From the NCBI GenBank assembly GCA_019057375.1, contig DXJF01000053.1, forward strand, positions 13,268-77,267: 64,000 nucleotides of DNA, given 5' to 3'. How positions within the stretch are numbered: position 1 is the first letter of the stretch; each line of letters starts with the position of its first letter. The notes under the pieces are model-generated. The model worked only from the letters and a program-made list of their open reading frames with translations, did not search any database and was not told where the DNA came from. Of the stretch, positions 57,086 to 64,000 are shown piece by piece. A program made the position numbers and the translations under genes. This DNA comes from Candidatus Heimdallarchaeota archaeon. GTDB lineage: Archaea > Asgardarchaeota > Heimdallarchaeia > Heimdallarchaeales > Heimdallarchaeaceae.

Positions 57086-58824
57086 ATGAAAAATACTGAA
57101 TTGTACAAGGTTTCAAAAAGCGTATATAAAGAAGCTATTCTTCATGCTCAACTACAATCAGCTGGAAGTAATCAGCAAAGATTTCTTGAAAGAATACAAA
57201 AAGATCGCGTGGCTAGATCTCAAAATATAATCTTCAAGTTTATGGCAGCAGTTTACATTGCTACATTAGTTTTCATACCCATAATTTCAATATTCCAGAT
57301 TTACCTAAATTTCGGATCAAATCCTGAATGGATAACTTTTGCCGGAAGTCTATCCTTTTCTTTATTTTTTATGTTACAGCTTGTTATTCTGATAGTATTC
57401 GCCTTAATGTTATCCTGGGGAATAATGTCTGGAGGTCCTTACGAATGGGTTCATACATTACCTTTCAATAGAAACCATATTCAAAAAATAGGTCTTTTTA
57501 CATTTGCTCGTAGTATTAATATACAGTTAATAGTTATGAGTCTCGTCTTACCTATTGGCGTTACCACAGCTGTAAGTTTAGCTGCTGGTTTATATCTTGG
57601 AATAGGAAAAATATTTTTGATTAGCATAGTTAGTATTCTTATCTCAGTACTGAATACTATCTTCAATTTAGCTATTTTAGTAATTTTAGGTAGAAAATTA
57701 GCTATAGTTATGGAAGAATACGATTTCAACTCAAAACGAGCTAATTTCGTTCGTATATCTACCATGGCAATTTATCTGATAACTTCAATGCTAGTTGTCA
57801 TGGCTATTCAAATAGGTGTAGAAAAACTTCCTATTCTCTTTCAAATTAGTCCATTAAATGCAGGATCTACTTCGATAATGAATATAGTTCTATCATTCAT
57901 TCCTGTTCCATTTTCTTTAGGATATTTGATGACTATTTTTCTAGTGGACTTTTCTATGATTCCTAGTTTAGTGATTGTTGGATCAGTTACTGGGTTTCTA
58001 CTGTATATACTGCTGGTTTATTTAGTAACAAAGAAAGCCTTGAAAACTCTACGAAATATCTCTTCACCAGACATCAAAAGATTTGACCCGAAAAGGAAAA
58101 AAACTGCAATTGATGATATTCAAATTAAATCTACTACTCCAACGAGAGCATATATGAAAAGAGATATTTCTATAATTACACGAGAAACCCAGCAAATAAT
58201 GATGTTAATAATGCCATTGATGTTACCTATCTATACAGCTATTCTAGGTTCCACGGGGGCATTTACTGAAGTTATTGGTAACACAGGATTGACTGAATTA
58301 TTCATTGTTCTTATGGTTTTTGTTGTTATGAATTCATACATTTTGAGCGTAAGTTTAACTATTATAGAAACGGGGGAGAAACAATTACAGCTTCGCTTCC
58401 AATTAATCCTAGAGAACAAGTAAAAGCCAAATTACCATATTTCTTCAGCATAATTATAATAGCGTTTCTTCTAGCCCAACTTTTTCTTATTAAATCACCG
58501 ATTTTCTATCCTACCTTGTTTCTAACTTTAGCTTTCCTTCCTGTATTTCCTCTGATTGGTATATCCTCACTTCTATTTAAGATACTTCTATTTGGAAAAC
58601 TTAAAAACAAGTTTGCAGTTGAAGAAATAAGAGTAAAATATAAAGGTTACAAATATATACTGGGGGGTGTATTTACAGCATGTTTAATGGCTATATTTCT
58701 CTATGCTGCTTTTGTTGGCTATTGGGCAATTTTTACAGCTGAAGCAATTGTTTCTGTAATTGTTTTCTTTTCTTATAACTATATGTTCCCCAAGATAAAA
58801 TGGAAGATAAAATACATCTTCTAG
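57086..58824 (+). pseudogene. ABC-2 type permease split by a -1 frameshift at a G5 run (58372-58376)
   Basis: Adding one G gives ...ETGGETITASLPINPREQVKAKL..., which continues in frame into track ORF 58516..58824. Confidence 0.8.
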
Positions 58825-58932
58825 ATTTTATTTATTTAAACTTATAATTTTTATTTTGCTTTTTTCATAATTCTTTTAGAGAAAAAATTAAATAACAGTA
58901 CGTTAGTCTCTGAAACCTACAGAGGACAACAG

Positions 58933-59928
58933 ATGAAAATTTTGCTAACAGGACCTTTTGGAAACGTTGGAGAAAGCACTCTAGGAGAACTATTACGAAG
59001 AGGATATGTTGTCAGATGCTTTGACAAGAAAAATAGAAAGACAAAAAAGATTCAGAAAATCATGTCCAAACAAGGTAACTTTGAAACTATATGGGGTGAT
59101 ATTCGAAATAAAGAAGATGTAGAGAGAATAGTACAAGATGTTGATTATGTCATTCATCTCTGTGCAGTTATTCCACCAGAAGCAGACGAAAAACTGGATT
59201 ATGCAAAAGAAGTAAATGAGGGTGGTATGCAGAATCTTGTAGATGCTTTAGAGAAATTAGAAGAAAAACCCAAAGTAATTTTTACAAGCTCTTTAGCAAT
59301 TTATGGTTCTAAAATGGCTTTACCTCCTCCAAGATATGTTACTGATGAAATCAAACCTCTTGAACATGATCTTTATGCATTTCAGAAGTGGGAAATGGAG
59401 AAGATTCTTCAGGCTAGTTCTTTAGATTGGTTTATTTTAAGATTGACTGCAGTTCCCTCATTAAGAATGCCGATGAAAATTCCATCTCTTATGTTTGAAG
59501 TTCCATTTGATCAACGGATAGAATCTATTCATAGTTGGGATGTTGGTTTAGCTTGTGTGAATGCTATAGATAACTTTGCAAAACATAAAATCATGAATCT
59601 AGCTGGGGGAGAAAAATGTCAGATAACTGGAGGAGATTATATTACTCGACTTCTGAAATCTTTTGGCGTTGGTCCAATTCCTAGGGAATGTTTCAGAGAA
59701 CCTACAGGTGATGACGATTGGTTTCACACAGATTGGCTTTATACAGAAGATTCTCAAGAACTATTGCAATACCAAAGATATACTTTAGAAGATTTTGCAA
59801 GAGAATTTGAGAATAGAATAAAACTAAGAAGATCTCTCATTAGACTAGTAAGTCCTTTAGCACAACTATTTCTAATTATCAGATCTCCATACTATAGAAC
59901 AAATAAAAAAGCTGCTAGAAAGAAATAG
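58933..59928 (+). CDS. NAD-dependent epimerase/dehydratase (extended SDR)
   Basis: LLTGPFGNVG, VIHLCA, FTSS.AIYG, YxxxK (YAFQK). Confidence 0.9.
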   Translation: MKILLTGPFGNVGESTLGELLRRGYVVRCFDKKNRKTKKIQKIMSKQGNFETIWGDIRNKEDVERIVQDVDYVIHLCAVIPPEADEKLDYAKEVNEGGMQNLVDALEKLEEKPKVIFTSSLAIYGSKMALPPPRYVTDEIKPLEHDLYAFQKWEMEKILQASSLDWFILRLTAVPSLRMPMKIPSLMFEVPFDQRIESIHSWDVGLACVNAIDNFAKHKIMNLAGGEKCQITGGDYITRLLKSFGVGPIPRECFREPTGDDDWFHTDWLYTEDSQELLQYQRYTLEDFAREFENRIKLRRSLIRLVSPLAQLFLIIRSPYYRTNKKAARKK

Positions 59929-59935
59929 CAATCTT

Positions 59936-60538
59936 TTAGAAAAGCATGTACTTGGGTTTGAACATTCCTACCAATATTAACCACATTTTCTTGAATATGC
60001 TACTGGGAAAAATTGAATCAAATATTTCTTGAAATGTCTTATTTGGGGCACCTATTGTTATTCTAAATGCACAAGCTTTATCGTATGTACATTCTACACA
60101 ATTCTTTCTAAACCTCTCCCCTTCATCTAGTAAACCTTCTTCAGCTATTATATCTTGAAAATTTGTGAAAGGGTCTACATTACCCGAGAAATTTACAAGC
60201 AGATTTCCGTACTGTTTTGTAAATAAATCAGCAAATAATCTTAATCTATTCTTATACTCCTCTAGATTATCCTCTGGATCTGTATACATTATTACAGTTA
60301 CTTCTTCTGTTGGAAAAGTCAAAGTTTTTGCTTGGTCCATTTTAAATTCATGAAACTGGTTTGGGTGAGCTTGATCGAAGAGTAACATTGCATTTAGTAG
60401 AGCAGAATTTAACAAAGTTTCATCAGTAAATGTATTATCTTTTGATAAATCAATACAGTGCATTCCAATATGACACATTAATGAACGGCCAAAAAGAGGT
60501 AAACCACTTGAATGTGTAATAATTATATTTTGTATCAT
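59936..60538 (-). CDS. Longin-fold protein with Cys/His inserts
   Basis: IIITHSSGLPLF.R...LNSALLNAM...F...Y...F.GNVDPF..F longin pattern; CHIGMHC insert and CVEC..DKAC. Confidence 0.55.
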   Translation of the reverse strand: MIQNIIITHSSGLPLFGRSLMCHIGMHCIDLSKDNTFTDETLLNSALLNAMLLFDQAHPNQFHEFKMDQAKTLTFPTEEVTVIMYTDPEDNLEEYKNRLRLFADLFTKQYGNLLVNFSGNVDPFTNFQDIIAEEGLLDEGERFRKNCVECTYDKACAFRITIGAPNKTFQEIFDSIFPSSIFKKMWLILVGMFKPKYMLF

Positions 60539-60594
60539 TAAGCATCATTAACTTGACAGTATATTTCTTTTATGCTTTTTGTTAAGAGTTCATG

Positions 60595-61977
60595 TCATCT
60601 AATTTCTTCCATTTCCACTACTCTCTTCTCTAATCTGGCTATATCTGCTGCAAAAGCCATCAAATGAGATTCTAACGATGCTCTTGCATTTGTCATTACA
60701 TCGTGTTTGATCTCTGATTTCACACTTTTCAGGAAGGTTTCCATTATCCCCTCATCCCCTCCTCCATGTCCAATCAATCTTCCAGTTTTTCGTACAGAAA
60801 TTTTCTTATTTGTCAAGTGATCATAAAGAATAATATTATCTCCTGAAGCTAAAAATTCTCCAATTATTGTTCCTTTTGTACCATCAACTCTTATAGTTCT
60901 CCCTTCTTCATTGGAGAATCCATGCAGTGTGAAAGTAGCAGTAGTTTGATTTTCGAATTCTATATTGACTACTTGATGATCTACAACATCATGATCATCC
61001 ATTTTGAAAACACATTTCCCATAATTTGTTTCGTTTAGAGCTTTAATTTTGCCTTCCCAAGACATATCTGTTGATATAGTACTTATTGGCCACTCTGAGT
61101 AATTCTTAACCTTTCTAAAGAGGGGTAGATTCGTCAACTTAGGAAACTTTAGTACAGATTTTACAATGAATTTTTCTAAACCTTTGGAGCTCTTTGCACC
61201 TATCTGCAATAAAGGAGTTATATATAGATAAATCCGGGGGGCATTATATAAACAAGTTTTTTCTGCAGGACAACCTTTAATGCAAAATTCTGGGGCTCCT
61301 TCTGGCATATTTTTATTTCCAAAAAACTTTTGAGAACCAAATGAGCTGATTCTTTGGACTTTCTTACCTGCAAACCAGAGGAGGATATCCATATCATGGC
61401 AGGATTTGGCTAGTATCATTGGACTAGATTTTTCTCTATTATGCCAATTACCTCTAATATATGAATGAGCATAATGGAATGGGGAAACATTTTCACGTAA
61501 AGATATATTCACTACTTCACCTATCGTACCAGAATCAATTATTGATTTTATAATAGAGAAGAATGGTGCATAACGTAAACCATGACATATGTGCAAAATC
61601 TTACCAGTTTCACCAGAAACATCTACAAGAGACTTACTTTCCTTAAGAGTCGTTGCCATAGGTTTCTCAAGAAGGACATCATAACCTTGTTTCATTGCTT
61701 TAATTGCAGGTTCATAATGCATTTGATCTTGTGTCATTATTAGCGCAACATCAGCAAGTTTTTCTTTCTCAAGTAAGGGTTCCCAACTCTCAAAACTGTT
61801 TTTTTCTGAAATCTTATGCCTTTCAACGAATTTTTTTCTTCGAGTTTTTTGTGGTTCAGCAACTGCAATAAATTTGATAGATTCTGGGTTTTCTAGAGCA
61901 TATTCGCCATATGTATCTGCTCCTCTATCCCCTGCTCCAATTAGGATAGCAGTTATTTGTTTGCTCATTATGTTCAT
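60595..61977 (-). CDS. Gfo/Idh/MocA family oxidoreductase
   Basis: LIGAGDRG, LLEKPMA, HSYIRGNW, ILAKSCHDMD, HGGGD. Confidence 0.93.
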   Translation of the reverse strand: MNIMSKQITAILIGAGDRGADTYGEYALENPESIKFIAVAEPQKTRRKKFVERHKISEKNSFESWEPLLEKEKLADVALIMTQDQMHYEPAIKAMKQGYDVLLEKPMATTLKESKSLVDVSGETGKILHICHGLRYAPFFSIIKSIIDSGTIGEVVNISLRENVSPFHYAHSYIRGNWHNREKSSPMILAKSCHDMDILLWFAGKKVQRISSFGSQKFFGNKNMPEGAPEFCIKGCPAEKTCLYNAPRIYLYITPLLQIGAKSSKGLEKFIVKSVLKFPKLTNLPLFRKVKNYSEWPISTISTDMSWEGKIKALNETNYGKCVFKMDDHDVVDHQVVNIEFENQTTATFTLHGFSNEEGRTIRVDGTKGTIIGEFLASGDNIILYDHLTNKKISVRKTGRLIGHGGGDEGIMETFLKSVKSEIKHDVMTNARASLESHLMAFAADIARLEKRVVEMEEIR

Positions 61978-62026
61978 CTTCTCTTTCTTTATGTCTTTTT
62001 GATTTTTTCCCTCTCTCTACTTTCTC

Positions 62027-63109
62027 TCAGTGAAACTTTGGTCCAAGAGTTTTTTCAAGAAATTCTAGATCATTATTTGTTTTAACAAATACCCCTAAAT
62101 TGCCTAATCTCAAATTTCTTACCCCCTTCTCTTTAATTGATTGAAAACTTTTCACCATTTCCAGCATTGTAGGTCCTCTATATACTGGTGGGGACAACAT
62201 ATAACAGGGAAAAAAAGCTAGTAAGGTAGTTGGTATATTTGGGTCAGTATCAACAATAAGTTCTGCAATTTTTTCATGTTCATCTGTTTCCACTAATCCG
62301 GGAATATATAAAGTGAGTATTTCTAATGTGAAATCTAAATCTATTATTCTTTGAACACTCTCTAGAATTTGTTTGTTTGAAGTTCCACAAAGTTCTCTAT
62401 AGGTTTCTTTGGAAAATGCTTTGATATCTAACCAAAAGGAATCAACTCCAGCAGCTGCATATTCTTCTAGATTCTTAGGTGTCAAGCCATATCCATTAGT
62501 TTCTAGAAGTATCAATAAATCATCATGTTCAGCTTTAATTTTCTTTGTTGTTTCAACATAAAACTCAGGTTTACACGTTATATCTCCCCCTGTAAATGCA
62601 ATTATATTTCTGGCTGGTCCAAATCCTTGAGGACTTAGTACAACATGTTCTTTCTTTAATTTCCTTGGACACTTGTCAGAAAATTCTCCTGTAAGAACGC
62701 AAGACCCGCAATGTCTGCAAAGGTCATTAGCATGCCAAGTTGTTGCTCGTTCTCGAGGTTCAAACACAGTTACTTGATTGTAATATTCAATAGCTGTATT
62801 TGCTAAATCATCACTACTTTTCCATTCTCCATTTACAAACTTACTAAATTCATATGAATGGCATTTCAAACAACTATGATTACAACCACTTTGGTAAATA
62901 GAAAAATAATCTTCAGGACGGGAAAGATGCATAGATTTGATTATACGTTCATATGACCCTTCAGCTGATTTTCGTAAAGTTACATCACAAGCTCTTTTCT
63001 TTAAACCTTCTTTGGTTTGGACAGCACATGAACCTGGTTGATAACCTTGTTCAACCATATTACATTTTTCCAAAGAGGTTTGAGTCATCAGAGAAACACT
63101 ACTATACAT
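62027..63109 (-). CDS. Radical SAM protein (PflA/activase-like) with extra Cys cluster
   Basis: GCNHSCLKC (CxxxCxxC), FTGGD, ETNGYG, DIKAF; additional CRHCGSC...C. Confidence 0.9.
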   Translation of the reverse strand: MYSSVSLMTQTSLEKCNMVEQGYQPGSCAVQTKEGLKKRACDVTLRKSAEGSYERIIKSMHLSRPEDYFSIYQSGCNHSCLKCHSYEFSKFVNGEWKSSDDLANTAIEYYNQVTVFEPRERATTWHANDLCRHCGSCVLTGEFSDKCPRKLKKEHVVLSPQGFGPARNIIAFTGGDITCKPEFYVETTKKIKAEHDDLLILLETNGYGLTPKNLEEYAAAGVDSFWLDIKAFSKETYRELCGTSNKQILESVQRIIDLDFTLEILTLYIPGLVETDEHEKIAELIVDTDPNIPTTLLAFFPCYMLSPPVYRGPTMLEMVKSFQSIKEKGVRNLRLGNLGVFVKTNNDLEFLEKTLGPKFH

Positions 63110-63131
63110 TAATAGAACTAACTATTATTTC

Positions 63132-64000
63132 TTATGGCTTATAGATTTCGTCCTCAATTTTAGAAAATTTAACGTTTCTTTCAGCAAGATAATCAATGAT
63201 ATTATGATAAACCTCTGAATTTCTACCCAAATATTCTGGTGGAATTATGCCTTTTTCGGTATAAATTCCTTTAAGAATCAATCCTGCAACAGCTGTGCAA
63301 GTGTAACCAGTTGTTCTAGCCATCGAGATTACTTCTTTTTCTTTGTCATATTTATCCAGCATCTCGTAATTATATCGAATTTTTTTATCATCCTTCATTC
63401 CCTCGATAACGATTTTCATAACAGTTAAATCCTCGTCTCCTTGTTCCATCTTCCACATTTTGAAGAGAAGTTTAGAAGTTAGATCTCTAGGTGAGACTTT
63501 GATTCCATTAATATCCACTTGTTGTTTATCAAAGAAACCAGTTTCTCTAAGCATTCTCATTTTTTCAATATGTCCTGGATATCTGAGAGTCTTTTCCTTC
63601 ATATTTGGGATATCAAATGTACGGAGCAATGTTCTTAATCCATCAGTATTGAAAGCTTCCAAAGTTCCTACTTCATCGAATTCAATAAGTTCTGGTTCAG
63701 ATAATGCTGGTTTTATGATTTCTTCTCCGTCTTCAATATATCGTGCCAAGCGAATGTACTCCTCAATCACATCTGAAGGGGAAAACGGTGCCTTGTATTC
63801 AAAAGGCCATTCCCTAACTTGAGGTAATCCACCCACATAACATAGAAAATTATCTGTTTCATCAATTAGGGAATCTACATAACCAAGAACAATACTACTT
63901 AATCCTGGAGCAACTCCACAGTCAACAACAGCTGTTACACCCCTTTCTTTAGCCAATTCATCTAAAGAAAAAGGGTCTTCTTCAAAGAAGGAAATGTCAA
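63132..64000 (-). CDS. Saccharopine/lysine 6-dehydrogenase family protein (5' end beyond window)
   Basis: The frame stays open past the track start (DISFFEEDPFSLDELAKERGV); DCGVAPGLS, VGGLP, EAFNTDGLRTL, KTLRYPGH, MARTTGY. Confidence 0.88.
   Translation of the reverse strand, partial: DISFFEEDPFSLDELAKERGVTAVVDCGVAPGLSSIVLGYVDSLIDETDNFLCYVGGLPQVREWPFEYKAPFSPSDVIEEYIRLARYIEDGEEIIKPALSEPELIEFDEVGTLEAFNTDGLRTLLRTFDIPNMKEKTLRYPGHIEKMRMLRETGFFDKQQVDINGIKVSPRDLTSKLLFKMWKMEQGDEDLTVMKIVIEGMKDDKKIRYNYEMLDKYDKEKEVISMARTTGYTCTAVAGLILKGIYTEKGIIPPEYLGRNSEVYHNIIDYLAERNVKFSKIEDEIYKP

Noticed and set aside
1278-63822. Numerous 60-150 aa track ORFs overlapping long genes on the opposite strand or in another frame (e.g. 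1278..1463, 14371..14679, 23781..24230, 38377..38670, 56228..56584, 63460..63822)
   Set aside because: They lie within well-supported genes, have Ser/Phe/Ile-rich antisense composition and carry no motifs.
1-64000. CRISPR array, rRNA, tRNA, transposase or integrase
   Set aside because: No regularly spaced repeats, no GC-rich structured RNA-like stretch, and no DDE or tyrosine-recombinase motifs seen. The intergenic gaps are short and AT-rich.

Overview
AT-rich, gene-dense 64 kb window from an archaeon, most likely an Asgard archaeon of the Heimdallarchaeia type. This taxonomy is inferred from archaeal TATA/BRE promoters and GGTGA/GAGG ribosome-binding sites, three longin-fold proteins, a TPR-winged-helix protein and a C-terminal GF-TM-basic sorting signal. 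Much of the window is peptide metabolism: a Dpp/Opp ABC transporter, two tandem TldD/PmbA pairs, DmpA, an M19 dipeptidase and an S12 peptidase. It also holds redox and metal genes (DUF134-NifX-MinD/4Fe-4S operon, glutaredoxin plus FTR), two solitary N6-adenine DNA methyltransferases and bacterial-type housekeeping genes (RNase III, NAD-dependent DNA ligase). An accessory or decayed region lies at about 8.2-12.4 kb. Best candidates for undescribed biology: (1) two adjacent paralogous longin+DENN-like proteins resembling eukaryotic FLCN:FNIP / C9orf72:SMCR8 heterodimer subunits, next to peptide uptake and degradation genes; (2) a three-member family of large membrane proteins with strong conserved motifs and no recognisable domain, two copies lying directly behind a DNA methyltransferase. 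Operator-like palindromes, a catalytically dead archaemetzincin, an amber-interrupted ORF and a homopolymer frameshift are also visible. I saw no rRNA, tRNA, CRISPR array or transposase. All family assignments are by eye from motifs; no searches were run.
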